Assembly (NCBI GenBank): GCA_035697845.1
Contig: DASSCI010000005.1
Coordinates: forward strand, 8,262-72,261
Direction: 5' to 3'
Origin: Candidatus Limnocylindria bacterium
GTDB taxonomy: Bacteria > Chloroflexota > Limnocylindria > QHBO01
Length of the DNA stretch: 64,000 bases
Numbering within the stretch: the first letter of the stretch is position 1; each line of letters begins with the position of its first letter. The position numbers and the translations under genes were made by a program. The notes under the pieces were generated by a model. It did not search any database. It was not told where the DNA came from and saw only the letters and a list, made by a program, of their open reading frames with translations. Below, in pieces: positions 46,284-54,452 of the stretch.

Positions 46284-47129
46284 ATGGATATCGTCATCCA
46301 GGCCGCGCTCGTCGGGCTCCTGCAGGGGCTGACCGAGTTCATCCCGATCAGCTCGTCGGCCCACCTCGAGCTCGCGCCGTGGATCGCCGGATGGGACGCC
46401 GATGGGCTCATCGGATCGCTGGCGTTCGACGTCTTCCTGCACCTCGGCACGCTCGTCGCGCTGCTGATCTACTTCGCCCGCGACTGGGTCCGCTATGCGC
46501 GCGCCTGGTTCGCGAGCATAGGCGAGCGGCGCATCGGCGATGATTCGGACCGGCGCATCGCCTGGCTCCTGGTCGTGGCCACCATCCCGGCCGCCATCAT
46601 CGGGTTTGCGCTGGAGGGCGTCATCGAGGACGTCTTCCACGGCGACAACGACGCCGCGCGCCTGATCATTGCGGGCTTCCTGGTCATCGGCGCGACGGCG
46701 CTGTGGATCGCCGACCGCCTCGGCAGCCGCCGGCGCGAGCTCTCGGAGCTCACGACGGGCACGGCGGTCACCATTGGCTTCTCGCAGGCGTTGGCGCTGC
46801 TGCCGGGCATCAGTCGCTCGGGCGCGACCATCACCGCGGGGCTGGCGCTCGGCCTGACCCGCGAGGCCGCCGCCCGATTCAGCTTCCTGCTGGCCACGCC
46901 GATCACGCTCGGCGCCGGCCTGTACGGCTCGCGCAAGCTCCTGACGGAGACGCACACGTCGACCGAGTGGCTGGCGATCGGCGTCGGCTTCGCGGTGGCC
47001 GCACTGGCGGGCCTCGCCGCCATCGGCTTCCTGCTGGCGTGGCTTCGTCGCCGATCGGTCGCGATCTTCAGCCTCTACCGCATCGGTTTCGCGGCGGTCA
47101 TCGTTCTGCTGGTCGCCACCGGGAGGTAG
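46284..47129 (+). CDS. uppP: Undecaprenyl-diphosphate phosphatase
   Basis: 281 aa. LLQGLTEFIPISSSAHL and LLPGISRSGATITAGL match the UppP/BacA family. Confidence 0.9.
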   Translation: MDIVIQAALVGLLQGLTEFIPISSSAHLELAPWIAGWDADGLIGSLAFDVFLHLGTLVALLIYFARDWVRYARAWFASIGERRIGDDSDRRIAWLLVVATIPAAIIGFALEGVIEDVFHGDNDAARLIIAGFLVIGATALWIADRLGSRRRELSELTTGTAVTIGFSQALALLPGISRSGATITAGLALGLTREAAARFSFLLATPITLGAGLYGSRKLLTETHTSTEWLAIGVGFAVAALAGLAAIGFLLAWLRRRSVAIFSLYRIGFAAVIVLLVATGR

Positions 47130-47204
47130 CCCGGCCGCCGGATCGCGTCGGGTGGAGCGACGGTAGGAGCTCGCGCGAGGGCCGCACCGAGTGGCCGCAG
47201 ACCT

Positions 47205-47233
47205 TTGACTTCGCCGGGGCGCCGACCTACAAT
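47205..47233 (+). promoter_or_regulatory. Sigma-70-type promoter: TTGACT - 17 bp - TACAAT
   Basis: TTGACT is at 47205..47210 and TACAAT at 47228..47233. It drives a ~210 nt leader before greA. Confidence 0.6.
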
Positions 47234-47302
47234 CTGCCGGCGCTGGCAGCCGCCGGCGCAAGACGCCTGGCCCGCATCTCTCGCAGATTGGGGGTACGGC
47301 CA

Positions 47303-47359
47303 GCTTCAGGAGATGCCGCACCACGTCATGGGACGAGGGCGGGGCCTGGAGCGTTTTTT
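47303..47359 (+). terminator. Terminator/attenuator-like element in the greA leader: 8 bp stem (GCTTCAGG/CCTGGAGC) followed by GTTTTTTG
   Basis: A run of six T is very rare in this ~70 % GC sequence. The stem is at 47303..47310 and 47345..47352, and the T-tract at 47354..47359. Confidence 0.4.
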
Positions 47360-47446
47360 GTTATCAGATTGTGCGGAATGCCGGCCTGTCGAACCCCATG
47401 ACAGGACGACCCGACCGCGGGGCCGCCGCAGGAGGATGAGGGGGTC

Positions 47447-47914
47447 GTGACGATGAACACCAAGCCTGTCTACCTGACCGCCGAGGGGCTCGAGAAGCTC
47501 AAGGCCGAGCTGAACGAGCTCGTGACCGTCGAGCGTCCGCGCGTCGCCGCGCGCATCCACGAGGCCAAGCTGGACGGCGACCTCAGTGAGAACGCCGAGT
47601 ACGAGGATGCCAAGCAGGAGCAGTCGTTCCTGGAGGGCCGAATCGCCACGCTCGAGCTTCAGCTGCGCAACGCGGCGGTCATCGAGAAGGGCAACGGCGA
47701 CAAGGTCGGGATCGGCTCGAAGGTCGTCATCAAGGGCAGCGACGGCGAGGAGACCTTCACCATCGTCGGTTCGGCCGAGGCTGCGCCCCGCGAGGGCCGC
47801 ATCAGCAACGAGTCCCCGGTCGGGTCGGCGCTCATGGGCCTGAAGAAGGGGGAGACCTTCACGGTGCAGGCGCCGTCGGGCCCGATCGAGTACACGCTGC
47901 TCCGCATCGGCTAG
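47447..47914 (+). CDS. greA: Transcription elongation factor GreA
   Basis: KPVYLTAEGLEKLKAELNELV...EYEDAKQEQSFLEGRIATLE matches GreA. GTG is at 47447 with an in-frame ATG at 47453, and GGAGGA lies 10 nt upstream. Confidence 0.9.
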   Translation: MTMNTKPVYLTAEGLEKLKAELNELVTVERPRVAARIHEAKLDGDLSENAEYEDAKQEQSFLEGRIATLELQLRNAAVIEKGNGDKVGIGSKVVIKGSDGEETFTIVGSAEAAPREGRISNESPVGSALMGLKKGETFTVQAPSGPIEYTLLRIG

Positions 47915-47920
47915 GCACGC

Positions 47921-49513
47921 GTGTTCTGGGCTGACGAGCTCGCGGCGTCGGCCGTCGGCCGCCAAGTCGTCAACGACTCGAAGACCCCGTCGGGGACCGT
48001 CCACGTCGGCAGCCTGCGCGGGCCGGTGGTGGTCGACACCATCGCCCGCGCGCTCCGCGACGCGGGCGTCGAGGTCGAGCTGCGCTACGGCGTCGACGAC
48101 CTCGATCCGATGGACGCTCAGGCGCTGCTCACCCCCGACGCCATCGAGCGCTCGATGGGCGTGCCGCTGGCGCACGTTCCGGATCCCGCGGGCGACTGCC
48201 ACGCCTCGTACGCGCGGCACTTCGCCGGCGTCTTCATCGACACCTTCGACGGGCTCGGCATCCGCCCCGATACCTACTACTGGATGAGCGAGGTGTATGG
48301 CTCGGGCGCCATGGACCGATACATCCGCGCCGCCCTCGACGCGGCCGCCACGATCCGCGAGATCTATCGGCGAGTGGCGAACGTCAACCATGCCGATGAC
48401 TGGCACCCACTGTTCGTCATCTGCGAGAGCTGCGGCCGAATCGGCACCACCATCGTGACCGGCTGGGATGGCGAGCGCGTTCACTACGAGTGCCGTGCCG
48501 ATCTCGTCGAATGGGCGACCGGCTGCGGCCACGCCGGCGACGTCTCGCCCTTCGGTGGCCGTGCCAAGCTGCCGTACAACGTCGACTGGGCCGCGAAGTG
48601 GGACCTGTTCGGGGTCACGATCGAGCCGGCCGGCAAGGACCTGTCGACCAGGGGCGGCTCGCGCGACCGATCCGATGCCATCGCGCGCGAGGTCTTCGGC
48701 AACGAGCCACCGCTGAACGTGCCGTATGAGTTCCTCAACATCCGCGGCAAGAAGATGTCGACCTCCAAGGGACTGGGCGCGTCGGCGACGCGGGTGGCCG
48801 AGGTCATCCCGCCCGAGCAGCTGCGCCTCCTGTTCCTGCGCCCCGGCCCGAACACGGCCATCGAGTTCGATCCCGACGGGACCGACGCCGTCCCGCGCCT
48901 GTTCGACGAGTCGGATCGCCTCGCCGCCGCGACGGCCGGTCGCGAGGTCCGCGGCGAGCTGCCGGCCGATCACGAGCGCCTCTTCGCCGTGAGCCTGGTC
49001 GAGCCCGATGCCGATGTGCGCGCCGAGGCGGCCGCCTACCGGCCTGCCTTCAGCCATCTCGCGCTCCTCGAGCAGGTGCCCGGCGTGGACCCGGTGGAGC
49101 GCGTGACCGCGGAGAAGGGCGCCGCCCTGACCGATCGCGAGCTCGCGATCGTCGACGAGCGGCGGGCGGCCGCGCGAGCGTGGCTCGAGGCGTACGCGCC
49201 CGACTCGGCGCGCATCGCCGTGCAGCCGGAGCTGCCGGACGTCGCCGCGGAGCTCGACGAGTCGCAGCGCACCTACCTGGCGACGCTGCGCCCGGCGCTC
49301 GAGGCGGCCGAGTGGGACGGCGAGGCTGTCCAGGCCGCCATCTTCGGCACCGCAAAGGAGCGCGGCCTGCCGTTCGGCCGAGCGTTCGCCGCGCTCTACC
49401 TGGCCTTCCTTGGCCGCAGCTCCGGCCCGCGCGCGGGCTGGCTCCTGGCTGCGCTCGACCGCTCCTTCGTCCTCGATCGGCTGCGCGACGCCGCCGGGGC
49501 GGTGGCCGCATGA
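47921..49513 (+). CDS. lysK: Lysine--tRNA ligase, class I (archaeal-type LysRS)
   Basis: 530 aa with a GTG start. HVGSLRG (HIGH-like) and KMSTSKG (KMSKS) give class I LysRS topology. Its stop overlaps the serS start (ATGA). Confidence 0.8.
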   Translation: MFWADELAASAVGRQVVNDSKTPSGTVHVGSLRGPVVVDTIARALRDAGVEVELRYGVDDLDPMDAQALLTPDAIERSMGVPLAHVPDPAGDCHASYARHFAGVFIDTFDGLGIRPDTYYWMSEVYGSGAMDRYIRAALDAAATIREIYRRVANVNHADDWHPLFVICESCGRIGTTIVTGWDGERVHYECRADLVEWATGCGHAGDVSPFGGRAKLPYNVDWAAKWDLFGVTIEPAGKDLSTRGGSRDRSDAIAREVFGNEPPLNVPYEFLNIRGKKMSTSKGLGASATRVAEVIPPEQLRLLFLRPGPNTAIEFDPDGTDAVPRLFDESDRLAAATAGREVRGELPADHERLFAVSLVEPDADVRAEAAAYRPAFSHLALLEQVPGVDPVERVTAEKGAALTDRELAIVDERRAAARAWLEAYAPDSARIAVQPELPDVAAELDESQRTYLATLRPALEAAEWDGEAVQAAIFGTAKERGLPFGRAFAALYLAFLGRSSGPRAGWLLAALDRSFVLDRLRDAAGAVAA

Positions 49514-50829
49514 GCGTCGGCCTGCAGCGGCTCCGCGACGACCCCGACGCGCTCCGGCGCGGCGCCGCGGACAAGGGCGAGGATCCGTCCGTCGTCGATC
49601 GCGCCGTCGAGCTCGACGAGCGGCGGCGCTCGCTGCTCGCCGCGTCCGACGCCCTCAAGGCGGAGCGCAACGACGCCAGCCGCCGCGTCGGCGAGGTCAT
49701 TCGCGGCGGCGCCGACCCCAACGGCGGCGAGGTCGCCGAGCTCAAGGAGGCGTCGCGCCGGGTCGGCGAACGCATCGCGCAGCTCGAGACGGAGCTCGAG
49801 AGGATCCAGGCCGAGCTCGCCGACGCCATGCTGCGTATTCCGAACCCGCCCGACGCCGACGTGCCGATCGGCGGCGAGGAGGCGAACGTCGTCGTGCGCG
49901 AGGTGGGGGAACCGCTCCTCCGCGTCGACGACTCGGATCCCGAGTACGGCCCGTGGGCGCGGCGCCCGCACTGGGAGATCGCGGACGACCTCGGCCTGAT
50001 CGACAACGCGCGCGGCGCCAAGATCACGGGCTCCGGCTGGCCGGTCTACATCGGCGATGGCGCCCACCTCCAGCGCGCGCTCATCAGCTGGTTCCTCGAC
50101 GTCCACGCCAACGAGCACGGCATGACCGAGGTTTGGCCCCCGGTCCTGGTCAATGCCGACTCGGCGCGCGGCACCGGGCAGATCCCGGACAAGGAGGACC
50201 AGATGTACGTCGCGACGCGCGACGATCTGTATCTGATCCCGACCGCCGAAGTCCCGGTGACGAACCTCCATCGCGACGAGATCCTCGAGGCCGATGCGCT
50301 CCCGCGCCGCTATGCCGCCTACTCCGCGTCCTTCCGGCGCGAGGCGGGAGCTGCCGGGCGCGACACGCGCGGCATCCTGCGGGTCCACCAGTTCGACAAG
50401 GTCGAGATGGTCAGCCTCGTTCGTCCGGGTGAATCGGAGGCCGAGCTGGAGTGGCTGACCGAGCGCGCCGAGGTGCTCCTCCAGCGGCTCGGCCTCGCCT
50501 ACCGGGTGCTGCTCATGAGCACCCGCGAGATGGGCTTCGTCCAGGCGCGGAAGTACGACCTGGAGGTCTGGGCGCCCGGCGTCGAGCGCTGGCTGGAGGT
50601 GAGCAGCGTCAGCAACTTCCGCGACTACCAGGCTCGTCGCATGGCCATCCGCTACCGGCCCGAGGCCGGCGCCAGGCCGGAGCTGGTCCACACGCTCAAT
50701 GGTTCGGCGCTGGCGCTGCCGCGGACCGTCGCCGCCATCATCGAGACGTACCAGCAGCCCGACGGGTCGGTCGCCATCCCCGACGTCCTCCAGCCCTACT
50801 TCGGCGGCCGCGAACGGCTTGGCGCCTGA
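49510..50829 (+). CDS. serS: Serine--tRNA ligase
   Basis: Start at MSVGLQRLRDDPDALRRGA (N-terminal coiled-coil arm). The class II motifs ...FRREAGAAGRDTRGILRVHQFDKVE... are present. Confidence 0.9.
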   Translation: MSVGLQRLRDDPDALRRGAADKGEDPSVVDRAVELDERRRSLLAASDALKAERNDASRRVGEVIRGGADPNGGEVAELKEASRRVGERIAQLETELERIQAELADAMLRIPNPPDADVPIGGEEANVVVREVGEPLLRVDDSDPEYGPWARRPHWEIADDLGLIDNARGAKITGSGWPVYIGDGAHLQRALISWFLDVHANEHGMTEVWPPVLVNADSARGTGQIPDKEDQMYVATRDDLYLIPTAEVPVTNLHRDEILEADALPRRYAAYSASFRREAGAAGRDTRGILRVHQFDKVEMVSLVRPGESEAELEWLTERAEVLLQRLGLAYRVLLMSTREMGFVQARKYDLEVWAPGVERWLEVSSVSNFRDYQARRMAIRYRPEAGARPELVHTLNGSALALPRTVAAIIETYQQPDGSVAIPDVLQPYFGGRERLGA

Positions 50830-50848
50830 GGACGATCAGGCCGCCGCG

Positions 50849-51595
50849 GTGGTGGCCGCCGCCATCGACGTCCTCGGTTCGAACGTCCTGGCGGCCTATC
50901 TGTATGGCTCCTCGGTGGCCGGCGGGCTACGGCGTCGCAGCGACCTGGATGTCGTCGTGATTCTCCAGCACGCCATGACGCCCGCCCAGCGGCGCGACCT
51001 CATTGAGCGCCTGACGCCGATCTCGCGCCTCGGCCAGCGCCCGGCGTCATGGCGCCCGGTCGAGCTGACTGCCGTCGTGCTCGATGAGGCCCGGCCCTGG
51101 CGCTACCCGCCGCGCCATGACTTCCAGTACGGCGAGTGGATGCGCGATGAGCTCGACGTCGGCGACACGCCGACGATGGCGGCTTCGAATCCTGACCTCG
51201 CCGTCCTCATCACGACTCTCCTCGAGACCGGCCGATCACTGCTTGGTCCACCGCCGGAGGATCTCCTCGATCCCGTCCCGGCAGACGACCTCCGACGCGC
51301 CATGCTCGATGGCCTGGATGGCCTGCTCGCCGACCTGGAGGGCGACGAGCGGAACGTCATCCTCACCCTGGCGCGAATCTGGACCACGCTCGTCACCGGT
51401 GCGATCCGTCCCAAGGACGAAGCCGCCGACTGGGTCCTCGAACGCCTGCCTGGCGAGCACCGGCCGGTCCTCGAGCGCGCGCGGGCGATCTACATCGACC
51501 AGGCGCCAGAGGGCTGGGATGACCTGGCCGAGCGCATCGGTCCGTTCGTCGAGCACATCGTCGGCGAGATCCGTCGCGCTGCCGCAGAGGCCTGA
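50849..51595 (+). CDS. Nucleotidyltransferase-domain plus DUF4111 protein (aminoglycoside adenylyltransferase ANT(3'')/AadA family)
   Basis: AAYLYGSSVAGGLRRRSDLDVVVIL has the GS...DxD nucleotidyltransferase motif, and the C-terminal DUF4111-like region has ...TLARIWTTLVTG.... There is no in-frame ATG, so the start is probably GTG at 50849/50852 or TTG at 50819. Confidence 0.65.
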   Translation: MVAAAIDVLGSNVLAAYLYGSSVAGGLRRRSDLDVVVILQHAMTPAQRRDLIERLTPISRLGQRPASWRPVELTAVVLDEARPWRYPPRHDFQYGEWMRDELDVGDTPTMAASNPDLAVLITTLLETGRSLLGPPPEDLLDPVPADDLRRAMLDGLDGLLADLEGDERNVILTLARIWTTLVTGAIRPKDEAADWVLERLPGEHRPVLERARAIYIDQAPEGWDDLAERIGPFVEHIVGEIRRAAAEA

Positions 51596-51624
51596 AGGCG
51601 CTCATGCGACAATGGCGCGCCCCC

Positions 51625-51714
51625 GGAGGGGTGGCAGAGCGGACGAATGCGCCGGTCTTGAAAACCGGAGAGGGTGCAAGCCCTCCGTGGGTTCGAATCC
51701 CACCCCCTCCGCCA
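51625..51714 (+). tRNA. tRNA-Ser (anticodon TGA)
   Basis: GGAGGGG acceptor, anticodon loop CTTGAAA, long variable arm, T-loop GGGTTCGAATCCCAC, discriminator G, and an encoded CCA. Confidence 0.9.
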
Positions 51715-51718
51715 TCGC

Positions 51719-51913
51719 TCAGAAGCGGTCGCAGGTGCAGGCGGCGGTGCGCGTGGCGGTCGGCTTCCACCAGTGGTCGGGGCAGCCACCCACGATCGAG
51801 CGCCGCATCGAGCGACGCTCCCACCAGGTCGCGCTGCGGCGCGTCGCGCCACCGTCGATCACGCGCAGGGTCACGGTCGTCGCGGCCGGCATGGCCAGGG
51901 CATTCATCGTCAT
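51719..51913 (-). CDS. Small hypothetical protein (64 aa, Cys-containing C-terminus)
   Basis: MTMNALAMPAATTV...GGCPDHWWKPTATRTAACTCDRF. 60 of 64 codons end in G/C, a strong coding-like bias in an otherwise intergenic interval. GGAG lies 9 nt upstream. Confidence 0.35.
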   Translation of the reverse strand: MTMNALAMPAATTVTLRVIDGGATRRSATWWERRSMRRSIVGGCPDHWWKPTATRTAACTCDRF

Positions 51914-52040
51914 CGGTCTGTCGGCTCCATCGGTGTGTCAGCTGGACCGATCCTGACGCCGCGTTCCGCGGATCGACACGCGCAGGCCGCCGATCCGCCC
52001 GCCGACAAGCGACGGCCGGCATCTACGTCATTCGCAGGAC

Positions 52041-52622
52041 CTACGAGCCCAGGCCGGGGACCTCGTGATGCAGCCGGCACCGCGCCTCGTAGGTCTCGTC
52101 GCCCATGCCGCCGATGACGATCAGCGGCGAATCGGCCGGCGCCGGCGCGCCGTCGATGAGCCGCTGCGTTCGCGTCGCGGGCTCGCCGCAGACCACGCAT
52201 ATGGCGGTCAGCTTCGTGACCTGGTCGGCCAGCGCCAGCAGGCGTGGCATGGTGCCGAACGGGATGCCGCGGAAGTCGCGATCGAGGCCGGTGGCGACCA
52301 CCTGCTTGCCCATCTCGGCCAGCCGCTCGACCGCCTCCGGCAGGCGCTCGTCGAAGAACTGGGCCTCCTCGATGGCCACGATATCGGCGTCGCCGATGAC
52401 GCCCTCGATCTCCGACGACGCGTCCACGCTGATGGCGTGGTGCTGGGCACCCGAGCGGGAGACGACGGTCACGCGATCGGTGCGCGTGTCGAGCCGTGGC
52501 TTGACGAGCACGACCCTTCGGCCGGCGATCGAGAAGCGGCGTAGGAGCCGCAGCATCTCGTCGGTCTTGCCGCAGAACATGCAGCCCGCGATGACGTGAA
52601 CCCACCCGTGGGTGTAGAACAT
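52041..52622 (-). CDS. tdk: Thymidine kinase
   Basis: GCMFCGKTDEML (P-loop), ...VIGDADIVAIDEAQFF and the C-terminal CxxC...CxxH zinc ribbon (CVVCGEPA...CRLHH) match Tdk. Confidence 0.9.
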   Translation of the reverse strand: MFYTHGWVHVIAGCMFCGKTDEMLRLLRRFSIAGRRVVLVKPRLDTRTDRVTVVSRSGAQHHAISVDASSEIEGVIGDADIVAIEEAQFFDERLPEAVERLAEMGKQVVATGLDRDFRGIPFGTMPRLLALADQVTKLTAICVVCGEPATRTQRLIDGAPAPADSPLIVIGGMGDETYEARCRLHHEVPGLGS

Positions 52623-52626
52623 CCCG

Positions 52627-53517
52627 TCAGTCGCCGACGACGGCGATCGCGTCCTCCGGGACGCCGAGCTCGCCCGCCAGCGCGGTGCGGAGCCCCGCAG
52701 GCGCAGGCGCCGTCCCGCTGAGCAGCTTGACCGTCGCCGCGGTCGACGCCAGGAAGGCGCCCTGGCCGTTGGTGACGGTCCCTCCGCGGGCCTTGGCCTC
52801 GTCCATCAACGGCGTCGTCGCCCGATTGAGCACGAGGTCCAGGACGTAGCGCTCCGGTGGCAGCAGCTCGGGCGGGATGGGAGCCTCCCCATTTGCACCG
52901 ATGCCGGACGCATTCACGAGCAGCTCGGCGCGGGCCAGCTCGACCTCGATGATCGCGTCGTGCCATGGGCGCGCGCGAAGCTCCATGTGCCGCGCGGATC
53001 GGCTGAAGTGCGAGACGAGCGCCTCGGCGCGATGGAGGTGCCGGTTGAGGACGGCGACGTGCTGAAAGCCCGACCCGATGAGCACGGCCACGACCGCCCG
53101 CGCGCCACCTCCGGCGCCGAGCACCACCGCGTTGCGCGGCCACTTGCCCTTGACGCGGGGGAGGATCGAGGCCAGGCCGGCACGGATGCCGTCGGCATCG
53201 GAGTTGTAGCCGCGCAGGCGACCATCGGTCCGGACGAAGACGTTGACCGCACCGCTGACGCGTGCGTCGTCACTGAGCCAGTCCGACAGCGGGGGAGCCT
53301 TCTCCTTGTGCGGCGAGGCGATCAGCGCGCCGGCAAAGTCGTCGCCGGCGCGGACCTCGCGCAGGGCATCGGCCAGCTGGTGCGGCCGTCGCTCCCAGCG
53401 CTCGATCTCGATCTCGCTGCCGGCCTCGCCGAGCGCGGCGCGCACGACGCCCTCCAGCGCCGAATGCGCCAGAGGGTGACCGATGATGGGGAGACGGGTG
53501 GAGGGCATTGTGAGCAC
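52627..53517 (-). CDS. aroE: Shikimate dehydrogenase
   Basis: PIIGHPLAHSALEGV, SPHKEKA (catalytic Lys), GYNSDADG and VLGAGGGARAV (NADP Rossmann) match AroE. Confidence 0.85.
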   Translation of the reverse strand: MLTMPSTRLPIIGHPLAHSALEGVVRAALGEAGSEIEIERWERRPHQLADALREVRAGDDFAGALIASPHKEKAPPLSDWLSDDARVSGAVNVFVRTDGRLRGYNSDADGIRAGLASILPRVKGKWPRNAVVLGAGGGARAVVAVLIGSGFQHVAVLNRHLHRAEALVSHFSRSARHMELRARPWHDAIIEVELARAELLVNASGIGANGEAPIPPELLPPERYVLDLVLNRATTPLMDEAKARGGTVTNGQGAFLASTAATVKLLSGTAPAPAGLRTALAGELGVPEDAIAVVGD

Positions 53518-53603
53518 GCTTCGCGGGTGGTTCGGAGGGTATGGAGGGCCGGGGCCGAGAGTCGTCCGTGCCGGGGCTCCATGCTATCATCGGCGCCGAT
53601 CGC

Positions 53604-53696
53604 GGAGAGGTCGCATAGTGGCCTAGTGCGGCGGTTTGCTAAACCGTTGAAGGGGGTAAACCTCTTCCGAGGGTTCGAATCCCTCCCTCTCCGCCA
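53604..53696 (+). tRNA. tRNA-Ser (anticodon GCT)
   Basis: GGAGAGG acceptor, anticodon loop TTGCTAA, long variable arm, GGGTTCGAATCCCTC, and an encoded CCA. Confidence 0.9.
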
Positions 53697-53727
53697 CCCG
53701 ATCGGCGTACGCAGATCGGACGTACGG

Positions 53728-53803
53728 GTGCCCGTAGCTCAGTGGATAGAGCGTCAGGTTGCGGACCTGAAGGTCGGAGGTTCGAGTCCTCTCGGGCACG
53801 CCA
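53728..53803 (+). tRNA. tRNA-Arg (anticodon GCG, i.e. G34 rather than the usual bacterial A34/ACG)
   Basis: GTGCCCG/CGGGCAC acceptor, D-arm GCTCAGTGGATAGAGC, anticodon stem TCAGG/CCTGA with loop TTGCGGA, T-arm GGAGGTTCGAGTCCTCT, and an encoded CCA. Confidence 0.85.
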
Positions 53804-53813
53804 CCCAACCCCG

Positions 53814-54452
53814 CTATGAGCGCAGATAGGCGAGCACGGCGCGGACCCGCCGGTCGTCATCGGGGCCGGGGAAGAGCTCCAGCTTGCTGAAGATGGTGCC
53901 GATGTGGGTCTCGACCGTCTTCAGGCTGATCGAGAGACGATCGCCGATGGCCGTGTTCGAGTGCCCCTCCGCGATGAGTCCCAGCACCTCGCGCTCCCGC
54001 GCCGTCAGGTCATCGAGCAGGCCGCGCTGGCGCCGGCCGCTGAGCAGCCGCGACACGACGTCGGGGTCGACCACCGATCCCCCGGATGCCACGCGACGGA
54101 TCGCGTCGGCCAGCGTATCGAGATCGCTGACGCGGTCCTTGAGGAGGTAGCCGACGCCGCGAGCGCCATCACCGAGCAGGTGCGCGGCCTGCACCGCCTC
54201 GACGTAGTGCGACAGCACCAGGACACCGAGCTCGGGCCGGGCCCGCTTGAGCTGGCGTGCCGCAACCAGCCCTTCATCGGTGTGAGTCGGCGGCATGCGG
54301 ACGTCGACAATCACGACGTCGGCCTCCGCTACGCGCTCCATGAGCGCCTCGACCGTCCCCGCCTGGAAGACCACCTCGAAGCCGAGCTCGCCCACCAGCC
54401 GCGCGAGGCCCTCGCGGAAGAGGACCGAGTCGTCGACCAGGCCTACTCGCAT
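53814..54452 (-). CDS. NarL/FixJ-family response regulator (REC plus LuxR-type HTH)
   Basis: MRVGLVDDSVLFREGL..VVIVDVRMP (receiver) and the C-terminal LTAREREVLGLIAEGHSNTAIGDRLSISLKTVETH (LuxR HTH). Confidence 0.85.
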   Translation of the reverse strand: MRVGLVDDSVLFREGLARLVGELGFEVVFQAGTVEALMERVAEADVVIVDVRMPPTHTDEGLVAARQLKRARPELGVLVLSHYVEAVQAAHLLGDGARGVGYLLKDRVSDLDTLADAIRRVASGGSVVDPDVVSRLLSGRRQRGLLDDLTAREREVLGLIAEGHSNTAIGDRLSISLKTVETHIGTIFSKLELFPGPDDDRRVRAVLAYLRS

